Shown here: positions 12,974 through 24,575 of the stretch, one piece after another
Position numbering within the stretch: position 1 is the stretch's first letter
Layout: the number at the start of each line of letters is the position of its first letter
NCBI GenBank assembly: GCA_026770705.1
Contig: JANJGN010000005.1
Span: forward strand, 191,952,001-192,016,000
Direction of reading: 5' to 3'
Length of the DNA: 64,000 nt
From: Isurus oxyrinchus
Taxonomy: Eukaryota
Position numbers and translations under genes: made by a program
The notes under the pieces: model-generated
What the model was told of the DNA's origin: nothing
Seen by the model: only the letters and a program-made list of their open reading frames with translations
The model's database searches: none

Positions 12974-14289
12974 ATTGATCTCCACAGAGCCTGGGCACTC
13001 TGACAGGATTAAAACCCAGGGAGAAATCCTCATTATTTAATCAGCTCAAAAGCCGTTGCCAACCACGAATGATTATGATTTCACAAAGGTCTAATGATTC
13101 TTGAGGAGCATAACTCCTGCTCATGTCTTGGCCGAGTAGAATGAATGAGCACTTAAGCGCAGTGCCTCAGTGTTGAGGTTTTAATCAATTAACCTGACCT
13201 GGTCCTGCAGATAATTCTTCTTTAAGTATTCATTTCAAAACTTGGGTAAGGAAAGATAAGTTTCATTTTATTCTCTGGTTACTTCTAAACGATAGGAGTT
13301 AAAATGAAAGAATTTACCTGTTATTTCATCACAGTGCAAATGAACAGCTATGGCTCCCACTCCCAACCTCCTGCCCATCTACTTCCAATTGTGTGTCTCA
13401 TTGAGCTGGTTCCAAAGTTCTCATTAGAGCCATACAGCCATAGAAAAGTTACAGCACAGAAGGAGGCCATTCGACCCTCCTTGTCCATGCCAGCCCATGG
13501 ACACCCAGGAGCCCTTTCTAATCCCACCTTCCTGCACCCGGCCCATAGCCCTGCAACATATATCACTTAAGGTGCAGATGTAGGTGCTTTTTAAAAGAGT
13601 TTAGAGTTATAGAAACTTATTCTTCTTTTCAAATCTCCCCTCGGCATTGGCCCACCCTACTTTAGTGATTTTTCTATCCAAGTCAGTCAGCATACACTCC
13701 TTTGTCCTCTAACCTCTGTCCTCAATCTCCGTTCCATCGCTTAAACCACTTTATAAGCCTCTATGCTTCTGTCATCACGAGTTTTGTGTCCAGCTCCCAT
13801 CCCCTTGTCACCTTATTCCTTGCTTTCAAAAACTCTCGTGATAACTCTACCCCCCTCCCACCCTAATCTTCTCTCTTCACTTTCCCTTTCTGCTCCTATG
13901 TTGATGTCCACTCTTTCTCCACCTGAATGAGACATCTCCTTGAGACAGCTCCTTAAACAGCTTCTTGCATGGACAGAGGGTTATAAAAATATACTTTGAT
14001 ATTCTGTCTAGCAACAAATATTTAAATTACTTTCTCTGAGGCTTTTGGAAACAGAAGCCATTTAAACACTAATGATGATTGTTGTACTTGCATGAAATGG
14101 GAAACTATTGCTAGGCTCATGACTTTACTGGAATTGCTGCAAGCTTGGGGGCTAAACTACTGCTGCAACTTGCTACCAATCCACAGCACAAAATGTTCAA
14201 GTTTTACTGGTCTTCTGCTTACTTGGTAAAGAGGGTGATTTCATGACTCATGCACAACAGAAGAAAAGAAAGGGATAGGAAAGAAAGAT

Positions 14290-14725
14290 AAACTTGCATT
14301 TATTTACACCTTTCATGACTTCAGGACATCCTAAAATGTATTGCAGCTCATTACATACTTCTGAAATCTTCTAATGTAGGAAACATGGCAGCCAGTTTGC
14401 AGACAGAAAGATGCTGCAACAGCAATGTGATAATCATCTGTTTTAGCGATGTTGATTGAAGAATAAATATTGGACAGGAAACCATGGAGAAGTGCATGAC
14501 TCTTTTTGAAATTGATCCATGGGATTTCTTACACCTAGCTGAAAGGACAGACAGGGCCTCAGTTTAGCATCGTACCCAAGAGACAGTTCCCCCTACAATG
14601 CAGCACTCCCTCACGATTACAGTGGAAGTACCAGCCTGGATTTTGTGTTCAAGCCTCTGGAATGGGACTTGAACCCATAACCTTCTAGCTCAGGGGCAAG
14701 AGTGCTACCATTGAGCATGGCTGAG
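14290..14725 (-). mobile_element. Deu-domain SINE, near full length
   Basis: Runs from the tail (TTGCATTTATTTACACCTTTCATGAC) to the tRNA head (GGGACTTGAACCC...GAGTGCTACCATTGAGC) on the reverse strand. Confidence 0.75.
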
Positions 14726-14764
14726 CACTGCCCAGCCGCCATAGCTCAACTCTCAAACGTTTTC

Positions 14765-14950
14765 ATCACTTCACCTTTGGCGGCCATGTTTCCAGTTGCC
14801 TAGAACCTAAACTCTGGAATTTCCCCTCCAAACCTTCTCTGCCTCTCTTTCCTCGGTGTCACACTTTGTTTGATAAGACCCCTGTGGAGTTCCTTGGGGC
14901 ATTTAACTATGTTAAAGGCATTATATGAATGCAGGTTGTTGCTGCTGTTG
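14765..14950 (+). mobile_element. L2-clade LINE 3' fragment
   Basis: CCTAAACTCTGGAATTTCCCCTCCAAACC...GTTAAAGGCATTATATGAATGCAGGTTGTTG; homologous to 28520-28775. Confidence 0.65.
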
Positions 14951-15604
14951 AGTAAGGTTGAAATAAGTAGGGGAGACAGGCTGGTAATAGGGACAGTGCT
15001 GGGTCTACAGAACGTGCAGGAATAGCTGGAGGCAGGTCAGCGGCTTTGTTTGGTGGCTGATGGCTGCTGGAGGTCTAGTGGTTCAAGATGAATCACAAGC
15101 AATTTGGGTTCCATTCTCATAGACGTTTACAGTACAGAAGGAGGCCATTTGGCCCATCGTGTCTGCACCAGTCATCAAACACCTGACTACACTGATCCCA
15201 TTTTCCATTCCCGGGGTTATCCCTCCCCAGACACTCTCAGTGCTGCTCTCCCAAATCATGCCGGATGCCAACATTTCCCAATGCTCCAAACCTCTATCCC
15301 CGGTATTGTGATAGAGCTCAGACATCCTTCCTGCCTCTGGTCAGTCCCGAGGACACTACCTTCTCACGAGTGGTCATAGATTTCCTAAAGTGCATCACAT
15401 CACAACGCTCCCACACCCTAAGATCCTGGCTCCAGGAACCCTCTGCCAGTGACCTGGATGCTGAAATCTGCTCTGGTGTTCCTGAAGCCCCCCTTCTCTA
15501 ATATTCCTGGACACTTACCATGCTGTCTGACCTCAGGGACATCCCTGGATTTAATAATCAGCCCTGAGAGTTTAGACTGGTTATGCTGATTCCAGTGCAT
15601 CCTC

Positions 15605-16020
15605 AGTCCCCCTCCCTTGCTGCCCCCCCCCACCCTTCCATATTGACCCACCCCCTCCACTCTCCCCCCCACCCCCCACATTCCCCACCCCCCCACTTTC
15701 CCCACCCACAACTCTCCCAACAGCCCCCGACCCCTTCCACTCTCCCCATGCCCCCGCTCTCCCCCACATCCCCAACCCCCTCCACTCTCCTCAACACCCC
15801 CACTCTCCCCAAATCCTCCCAACTCCTCCACCCTCCCCCCACTCTCCCCGCCCCCTCCACTTTCCCACACCTCCGCCCACCCTCTCCACATCCCCCACCC
15901 TTCCACTCTCCCCCCAACCCCACTCTCCCCACCCCCACGCAACTCTCCCCACCTCCCCTAACTCTCTCCACACAGCCCGATTCTACCCCCTCTCGTCGCA
16001 CCCCTCCCTCCCTCCCCTCC
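15605..16020. repeat. C-rich low-complexity repeat (CCACTCTCCCC-like units)
   Basis: Degenerate tandem CCCTCCACTCTCCCC units. Explains the Pro/Gly-rich ORFs here. Confidence 0.85.
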
Positions 16021-16499
16021 CAGTGCTGCTGTTTCCCCTACTGTTGATGAATCTTGCTGCACCACTTCAGTTCTGAGTTAACATTTGCCTAGCTGCCAGC
16101 ATTATCACAGGCATTCCGGCTAAAAGTCATTGAATTATATAGCATGTTTGTTTTATTTTTAAAATTCAAGGCTGATGCCAGGAGTTTGTTTTTATCAGCA
16201 TCCCCTGTCTCATTGCAAAAAATTCAATAAAAGTGTGAATAACCTCAGGGAGACAGGAGCACAGCACAGCCTGCTGCTCCTGTTGAATAAACCCACAAAC
16301 ACAGGAGCTCTTTATTTGCTTTGCCTGCGATGTGTTCTCTGGGGCTATTCCACAAGTGCCTATCCAATTGATTCAGAAATAGCACTGAGATCCACAGTGC
16401 TCTTTAAACTTCCACACTTCTAGCATAACACCTTAAGAAAAGTTGCTTGCTTCTGATTAAAGTAAATCAATTAAAAACTTATTGAATGTGTACTCTGTT

Positions 16500-16840
16500 G
16501 AGTTTAGAGATGAGATGATCTAACTGAGGTGTTTAAGATGATCAGTGGCGTTAAGTGGCGTTCGATGGCGAGAAACTGTTGTAGGGGGGAGGGCAGAGTC
16601 CAGAACAAGGGGATTGAACCTAGAGCCAGGCAGTTCAGGGGTGATGTCAGGAAGCACTTCTTCACACAAAGAGGAGTGGAAATCTGGAACTCTTCACCCA
16701 GAAAAAGTTGTTGAGGCTGGGGGCCAACTGAAAATTTTACAAGTTGAGGTAGGCAGGCGGAGCTGAGATACAGATCAGCTATGATCTAATTCAAAGGTAC
16801 AATATGTTCGAGGGGCTGAATGGCTTATTCCTGTTCTTAA
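16500..16840 (+). mobile_element. CR1 LINE 3' fragment
   Basis: VFKMI...FRGDVRKHFFTQRGVEIWNS plus the tail GAGGGGCTGAATGGCTTATTCCTGTTC. Confidence 0.8.
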
Positions 16841-19084
16841 TTTATCCCAATATCCCTGTAAACTTTCAGACAAATGATTTTACCACAAAAAAAAGTTAGA
16901 CACTTTTTCTGTTTGCTGGTTATAAAAGATTATATCCAGAGTTATGTAACATTAGTCTAATTGACAATTCTGTTATAAAGAATTCTGTTCAACCTAATAG
17001 AAATGGCAGAATTGCACTCCAATCAATTTCTTTCCACATGAATACTTCATCTTGGGACTCAGACTTAATTAAAATGGAATTGATCTGCTCGCTAATCTTA
17101 ATTCCCGGTGATTCTAACATGTTATTTAAGGACATTCGACTTTGCTTGATATTTTCATCAGCTTGTGCAGAATATATCACCCTTAAACCCCTCAGAAAAG
17201 CACACACACACGCATGGCTGACCGTACAGCTCAGGTACAATAAGACTCTGAGAAGACAGGAGCTATGTTATTTTATTTTGCTCCATAGCACCTCAATCCG
17301 ACAATCATCTTGGAGCCATTCAGTCCCTCTGATTTGGTAGTTCAGGTATAAATAGTCAATGTGGAGGTTTGTTACCAGAATCCAGTAGCGCGATTGGGCA
17401 TTAATCCCAACAGTCATCCCCCACCTTGTGTGAGGGGCATTGATTCTGCGATCTCTCTGTTAAATCTACATTGGGTCTCCTCCTCCCCACAAACAGATGG
17501 AGCTCCAGCCTCAGGTAAACATTCTGTTAGGTTACACCAATCATCCTGGAGGAGCCTCAATGTGCACTCTCAGTCCTAGTCTTGGACATACATTAGCATC
17601 AATTGTCAAATGGATATAAGCCCAGACCTGGATTTAGATTGTGGTGTGAATATGCTTGCAGAAGAATGCGTAGTTAATGTGCTCACGTTTCTACCAGCTG
17701 GAACTGAATGCTCAGTTGGGAGGTTTTAACAATAACCGCTGCTGATGTGTTTTTTTGTTGAAAATGTCATTGTAGGATTGTCTCTGTTGATGAGCCTGTC
17801 TTCTTTAATAAAGTAATAGCTTTGGAAGGAGATGGGTGAGCCTTTCTTGATAATCACACCTCCCATCTCCAAGGGAATGGAAGTAAAACTGGAAAGGAAG
17901 GGTCAATAGGAAGCTTTCATGTTACAGGTTTTTTTAAAAAAACTATCAATGCAGTTGTTTTGCTCCCTTTAAATTTGAAAGGAAAAATGCAAGATAATTA
18001 CATGGTGTTCACCACAGAGGAGTGTGATAGCTTTGTCAGATTACAACAGCAATTCTGTGTTCTCAGGATCAGGCGATGACAATTTACAGCTGCCTTGCTT
18101 CTTCAATGTTAAAATGTCACATCGCTGTCAATTTAAAAATGTTCATGCTTGTTTCCAAATCCTTCTCTGGTCTGTTCGCTTCCTCTCTCTCTGCCACCTC
18201 CTCCAGTCCGACCAACACTCAAAATACCTGGCCTCCTGCCTGCCCACCACTACCCAACTCCTTGGCTCACCATTGCTGGCTGTGCTAGGCCAACAACCAA
18301 CAGTCCCAGCGTCACCCACAGCTTCTCCTGTCTGGCTACCGAGTATTTACTGATTTTCCTGATTATGTTCATTCAGTGCTGTCAGTTGTGGTGATGGTGC
18401 CTCTGGTCACAGTTCTCTCTCGCTGATTCAGTGTGATCATTCCCACTGCAGCAACAGGAATTGATGTGTCTTGCACTGCCCTCTGTGAGTGTGCCACTGA
18501 GGTGAGTGGTGTTGCTGCGCTGTCTCTCCAAGACTGTGAATTTGAGCTCCTGCAGTACATGGTGCAGTTGTATTTTGATCTATCAGCCTGGCCGCACTCC
18601 CTCCCACCCTGCACTCTCCATAAACTTGAGGTCATCCGAAACTCTACTGTCCATGTCCTAACTCACAGCGGATCCCAATCCTCGAGCACCCCTGTATTCA
18701 CTGACAGTTGTTGGTTGACACAGCAGCCATGAGGTTACTTGGTCTTCACAAAGGTCATCCTAACTGAATATCTCTGATTATGAATATTGCTGGTCCTGCT
18801 GCCCGGGTGCCTAGAGAAAGAATAAATCAGAGATTAGGAGGTTAGTTGTTGGATCTGGTGGATCATCTAAGGAAGAGAGAAACTCTACACCAACAAGTGA
18901 CTCCACCAGTGTCCACAACTGGGCCAACGTTTCCTGGTGACTGAACTCAATCCGGTACAGACATGTCTGATGTGTCTGATGTTCCTGTAAGAGTTGATGA
19001 TACAGAGCTGCAGGTGCCTTCTGAAGCACCTGATGTTCAGACAACTCCAGAGAAGGAGATTGCTAACAAAGCATCTGAAGTTGT

Positions 19085-19678
19085 TCCCATGAAAGGCCCC
19101 ACATAGACAATGTGTAATTGCACCTATGGCCTCCCTGGCCACTCCCAAGGGTGTAACGGAGCTGTTGATGGTAACTTTGCAGTTGCTGACATTGCACACA
19201 ATTCTTCACTAAATTCCCTATTTCTCCATCCATCCCAGGCCATCATAGATAGCTGTGTGTTATGGTCTTCATTCGGGAAATTCCTGGATGGGCATTGTGT
19301 TGTTCAATTAACAATGGCTCTCATCCCTTTGGAGGAAATATCACTTGTGCTCCCCACAATAAGATACCATCCTGGCTGGTTAATTTCACTGTTTCTGTTG
19401 AAATACAGTTTCATTTCATCAGATACAGGCTCTTATGGCAAAACCATGTAACGTTTGTTGTCGTACTTGGTCTGGGTCCTGACTTGTCTGGTCTCTGATC
19501 TGTCGAGCACAAAGCGGTGAGGAATCTAAGAAATTTAACAGTAAAACAAATGCCTGTGGAACTGGGACATGATCATCATTTTCTTGTAAAGGCAAATGAC
19601 TAAGGGCATTGGCACTTGCAGTTTTATTTCCAAGCCTATGTACAAAAGCATACTCGTATGCTGCCAGGATTAAAGCCT
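19085..19678 (-). pseudogene. Gypsy RNase H C-terminus and integrase N-terminal zinc finger remnant
   Basis: ALILAAYEYAFVHRLGNKTASANALSHLPL...DGILLWG...HPGISRMK...WWPGMD...CVQCQ...PLHPWEWPGRP, truncated just before the catalytic core. Confidence 0.85.
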
Positions 19679-19845
19679 TATTTGTGCTTCTGTATCTTCC
19701 TTCTAGCACTGGCCTTAATCTCAGCTTTCTTTTCAACTTCACTATTGGCCAGACTTCTCTCAGATGTAAGGTTTGACTTGAGTGAACTCAGTGGCTGAGA
19801 CTCCCAGAATTTCATCATCTGCCTCTTGGAAAATTCTGCGACTTT

Positions 19846-20223
19846 TGCTTCCAAAGCCTCTTTGGCTACGTTTAGCTGATTCTTCAGCTCTTCCGTCTCT
19901 TTTCTGTATTTGTTTGCTGCCTCCTGGAAAATTGAACAGTGTTGTGTCTTCTCTGCCAACTTATCCTTCAGTTTATTCAGAGAGGTGCTGAATTTTTTCT
20001 GTTTCTCTTCATAATTTTCCAGAGGTACAAACTTTGACCTGAGGGAATCTTGTCATGTGTGAAGGTCTTTTAACAGGTTTTCTTTTCCCCTGTGAAGGTT
20101 GCTCACCTCATCTCGAACTCTGTCATCAGGCAGGGTCTCTTCCAGTTTCATCAGCTGTTCCTCCAGGTTTTGGCTTAAGACAGCCTGCGTTTCTTCAGCT
20201 TGTTGAGTCCTTACACACTCCTT
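19846..20223 (-). pseudogene. Captured coiled-coil host-gene fragment, UACA-like
   Basis: KECVRTQQAEETQAVLSQNLEEQLMKLEETLPDDRVRDEVSNLHRGKENLLKDLHT*QDSLRSKFVPLENYEEKQK/FSTSLNKLKDKLAEKTQHCSIFQEAANKYRKETEELKNQLNVAKEALEA (one stop, one 1-nt frameshift). Aligns by eye to the recalled human UACA coiled coil; needs BLAST confirmation. Confidence 0.6.
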
Positions 20224-20279
20224 TTCCGAAACAGGAACACTTCCAGCTTCCTTTTGGAATCTCAGTGGTCACTCAAGGT

Positions 20280-20590
20280 TGATTTCCCTTGGCCAATTTC
20301 ACCCTAGAGGGCTTGGTCCTCTGCCTCTCAATACCAACACTGGTAGCTTTGCCAACTGACTTCCATAGTGGACAGTTACTCTGCTTTTGCCTTTGACTTG
20401 AAAATCTTCACCCATATATGTTTTTAGTTTAGCCTCAGTTTCTTCCACATTTAATTGCTGTTCACCATTATTCAGTTATCTGAAGGTATGTTCCCCAGTT
20501 ACTGTAGTGGAAGACCCCGTGTCCACTTCCACTCTAACAGATTTGCCATTTACTTTCACTGTGACAAATATTGGTTCTGTCTTTCCAACT
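20280..20590 (-). pseudogene. Gypsy aspartic protease remnant
   Basis: IFVTVKVNGKSVRVEVDTGSSTTV (DTG active site) and VVLRGRGPSPLG.NW, with stops. Confidence 0.8.
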
Positions 20591-20689
20591 TTCAAATTAA
20601 ACCACAAATAAATATCTGAATTTATTGTTTCAGGCTCTTCTACATTGTAGATCTCATTGGGTTTTTTCCTTTTGTTTGAAAGTCTGCCT

Positions 20690-21450
20690 GGCTCTATCCT
20701 TCACTGCCTCATTACATGTCCATTTCTATGGCAATAAAAACACTCGAACTTTTTAAACTCCAATCGTTAAAAGGCTGCTTGTTTCCACCTCTATTGAAAT
20801 TATTCCTTGTTTTCGCTGCTAAGTCATTTTTTTCTCTTTTTCCTGTTTCCTGCTTCTCGGCAAAGTCTTACATTTCCGTGTCCTTTTTGGCTGGGGCTTC
20901 CTGCCCAAAGTGGAGCTCGGTGCCATTTTGTGCTCCCCTGTGTAGCTTCTGAATCTTTCAGTGCACTTTCAATGGCCAGCGCTAGCTCTTGTGCCTTCTT
21001 AAAATCCAAATTTGTTTTGGATAACAATCTCTTCCGGATGGTGCCTTTATTCACACCGCACACTAAACGATCCCTGAGCGTGTTGTTTGGAGATGGACCA
21101 AACTTACAATGTTCCGTTAGCTGCTTCATACTTGGCACCAAACCAGCAACTATCTCCCCTGGGGCTTTATTTCCTGAGTTAAACTTGAAGCGTTGCATCG
21201 TTACTGAGTGCTTTGGCTGATAATGACACTTCATGTGGTCCACCAATTCATCAAGATTTTTCAAATCTGGGGCACTGGGTGCTGTCAAATTTTGAATCCA
21301 GCTGTAGGCTTTATTCCCACATCTAGATAAGACGACGCTCCCCTTTTCTCTTCCCCCGTAATCTTGTCCACTGGAAAAAAGAAGGTGAGGCGTTCAATGT
21401 AATGAGACCAGTTGTCCGTGGCTGGATCATAAGGATCAATTCTTCTGAAT
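20690..21450 (-). pseudogene. Gypsy gag remnant
   Basis: RIDPYDPATDNWSHYIERL...APSAPDLKNLDELVDHMKCHYQPKHSVTMQRFKFN...LTEHCKFG...LRDRLVCGV...IRKRLL, then a decayed zinc knuckle CFYCHRNGHVMRQ. Confidence 0.85.
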
Positions 21451-21699
21451 TGCAGAATTCTGAGAGAGAGTTATTTCGTCAATTTGAACTGAACTTCTAC
21501 TTACAATTACTGTGCCTCGATTTCATTTCTCTTGATTCCTTCCGTTAACTTGTTTTATCCTCGCTTTATCCTGGCTTTATTTTCATTGCCAGTTTGTTAG
21601 ATCATGTGGAACCTAGTCTAACGCTTGTTGTAAGTGGTGGCTGACTTGGTACTATAGATAGAGTTGACCAGCAGACACTTCTTCGGTGGAAAACATTAT

Positions 21700-22424
21700 G
21701 GGCTGCATTTTGCCGTCGGTGAGCAGGGGGTGGGGCCCACTCGCCGACGCACAAAATGACACAGGATGATGTCTGGGGGAACCCCCGATGTCATCCCGCC
21801 CCATTTAAATATTCAGGAAGGCGGGGGCACAGCAAAATCAGCTGTGGGCCCGCCGACCTGTCAATGACCAATTGAGGCTATTGACAGGATCATTAAAACA
21901 ATTAAAGGACCCGCCTGTCCAAACCTTAAGGTTGTCGGGTCGGCCAGGAGCCCTGGTGGAGAATAGAAAAAACATTAAACCCCATCCACCGGCGGGATGA
22001 GGTTTCATGTAGGGATTTAAAAAGTTCAATAAAGTTTTAGTGTAATTTATGAACACGTCCCATCTTGTGTGACATTGTCATATGAGGGGAACATATTAAG
22101 GATTTTTTTTCTATTATTAATGTTTATACAACAGTCAGCGATCTCCCTGAGGCTGCACTTAGCCTCAGGGGGATGTGCACTCTTTTGTGCACATGCGTGA
22201 ATGAGCGCATTCTCGCATTTGGGGAATCCCCCCCCCCCCAACCCCGCCACCCATGCCTGCACAGGAAGTGCACAGCGTTTCCCACCAGGCATCATGCTGG
22301 GTGGGCCTTAATTGGCCCGCCCACTTAAAATGGCGGCAGGGCCCACTTCTCTGGCGGGGATTGGCTCCCCGCCCGCCGGATATTGGGCCGGGTCCACCTG
22401 TCCGGCAAGCAGAAAGTTCTGCCC
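21700..22424 (+). mobile_element. Full-length Harbinger-type MITE inserted in the Gypsy LTR
   Basis: TIRs GGGCTGCATTTT / AAAGTTCTGCCC. 3-bp TSD TAT (21697-21699, 22425-22427), supported by the uninterrupted solo LTR at 7.9 kb. Confidence 0.85.
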
Positions 22425-22630
22425 TATGTTTATTTACAGAGGTACTCAGCAGCAACTACATGTGTGCTTTCACTTCAAACCCTATCACCATACTACTGAC
22501 TACTAACTAGCCCACGCTACTCCTCTATTGGTTTCTCAAGATCATTGATCTTCCTTTATAACATTCTTCTGAGAGGTATATTCACATTAGATAGAACCAT
22601 AATGACCACATTAGTGAAGGCTGTATTTAC

Positions 22631-22840
22631 AGAAGGAAATCTACCATCCTTACCTGGTCTGGCCTACATGGGACTCCAGACCCACACCCATGTGGTTGAC
22701 ATTTAAATGCCCTCTGAAAAAGTCCAGCAGGAGATTCAGTTATATTGATAAAGGAGCTCACCGTCACCTTCTCAAGGGGCAATTAGGGATGGGCAATAAA
22801 TGCTGGGCTAGCCAGTGAAGCCCACATCCTGTGAGTGAAA
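22631..22840 (+). mobile_element. SINE family B, 3' half, sharing its tail with LINE family A
   Basis: GAAGGAAATCTACCATCCTTACCTGGTCTGGCCTACATG...CTCACCGTCACCTTCTCAAGGGGCAATTAGGGATGGGCAATAAATGCTGG. Confidence 0.75.
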
Positions 22841-23059
22841 GTACTACTCTAAATCTGTGTTCACAGAAAAAGCAAGTTTGAAAGATGACAAATCTTTCCC
22901 AAGTTCACAGCAATAAACTGCAACTTTTCTACAGCAAATTTTATAACTGGTTAAAACATTGCTTTAAATAGTAAAACATGAATAGGTTGACACAGCGCTA
23001 CAGGTATTGGAACCATGATGAATGAAAGCTGAAGGTTATTGATGTCATTTTATTTTGGT

Positions 23060-23300
23060 TGTAACAACAACAAATTGCATTTATAAAGTGCCTTTATCAT
23101 AGTAACACCTCCTAAGGTGCTTCACAGGAGCATCATCAAACAAGATTTGTCACTGAGACACTTAAAAAGATATTAGGCGGATGAGGGTAAAGAATTAGAT
23201 TTTAAGGGGGGCCTTGATGTGGGAAAGAGAGGTAGAGAGGTGGAGTGGTTCAGGGAGGGAACTCCAGAGCTTAGGACCTTGACAGCCTTGACATGGCCCA
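23060..23300 (-). mobile_element. L2-clade LINE 3' fragment
   Basis: Reverse complement of the 28520-28775 tail (ACAACAAC...TTGCATTTATAAAGTGCCTTT...GGAGGGAACTCCAGAGCTTAGG). Confidence 0.7.
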
Positions 23301-23699
23301 TGTATAACGCAATATGCATTTCCAAGATAGTCCACACTAAGGTAAATCGTTGAATGTCTAAACAGCCGTTTGCTACATTTTGTTGCAATGAGGGCTGTTT
23401 AAGTGATTAAGAGAATCATCAGAATCACTCTTAGCATCACTTCCTACTCTGCACTTAAAGACATTTATTTCACAATGAGCTTGATTTAAGTCTGAATGAC
23501 TGTAAAATTTTCATCACAATAAAAATAACCTGTACTCTAATGCTTTCTTCCAAAATAATTGGGTTGTGTAAAAATGGAGGGGATTCCAGGCATATCATTG
23601 TCTTGTTCTCTTAATTGTTTCAAACTCTCTTACGCTTGTCCATAGCTGAAGAAAATGGCTTGCTCTAAAATGTATTTGAGCGTGATGTCTGTGGTCATT

Positions 23700-24036
23700 T
23701 TTTTTTATTCATTCATGGGATGTGGGCGTCGCTGGCTGGGCCAGCATTTACTGCCCATCCCTAAGTGCCCTTGAGAAGGTGGTGGTGAGCTGCCTTCTTG
23801 AACCGCTGCAGTCCATGTGGTGTAGGTACACCCACAGTGCTGTTAGGGAGGGGGTTCCAGGATTTTGACCCAGTGACAGTGAAGGAACGGCGATATATTT
23901 CCAAGTCAGGATGGTGAGTGACTTGGAGGGGAACTTCCAGTTGGTGGTGTTAACATCTATCTGCTGCCCTTGTCCTTCTAGATGACAGTGGTGGTGGGTT
24001 TAGAAGGTGCTGCCGAAGGAGCCTTGGTGAATTCCT
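23700..24036 (-). mobile_element. LINE family A 3' end
   Basis: Near-identical reverse complement of 37465-37785 (NSPRLLRQHLLNPPPLSSRRTRAAD...). Confidence 0.85.
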
Positions 24037-24575
24037 GTTTCGAAATAGTCCCTCTAAAGATGGCCTTACTTTCATTATCTTAGAAGAAATAACAAAAGTA
24101 CGTATACATTTCATAAATCGTGCCTGTATTATCATTGGTATGTAGAGGAGAGGGGGAGGTCATTAAGCCTCTTCCACCATTTAATTAGATCATAGTTGAT
24201 CTGCAGCTCAACTCAATTTTTCTGTCTTTACTACATATTCTTTAATAGCCTTACCCAACAAAAATCTCAGCCTTGAAATCTTCAGCTGACTCCCTGCCTC
24301 AACAATCACTTGTGGGACAGAGTTCCAGTTTTCCATTCCCCTTTGTGTGAGGAATTGCTTCCGGACATCACCCCTGAACAGCCTGGTTCAAATTTGAAGA
24401 TTGCTCCACCTAGTTTCTGGAGATGAGGCATGCAAGAAAATTCAGCAGTGAGGCCCATGACTGCCTAACCTGGATCTCCTTCACACCACCCCCCACTGGG
24501 ACCTTCAGACACTCCTCCTTCATCACCCACTTAATGCAAGAAGCGCCAGAGGGGGATGTCAGGAAGATATAATAA

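Larger units (their letters stand above)
18900..22610 (-). mobile_element. Internally deleted, non-autonomous Gypsy (Mag/K02A2.6-like) LTR retrotransposon
   Basis: Order on the minus strand: 5' LTR (22610-21595, TGTGGT...CTAACA), decayed PBS TGGC at 21591, gag, protease, foreign insert, RNase H end, integrase zinc finger. RT, most of RNase H and the integrase core are missing; no 3' LTR seen. Confidence 0.88.

Noticed and set aside
24543-24558. CTCF-like motif GCGCCAGAGGGGGATG
   Set aside because: Only a partial match to the consensus; a single weak hit in 64 kb is expected by chance.
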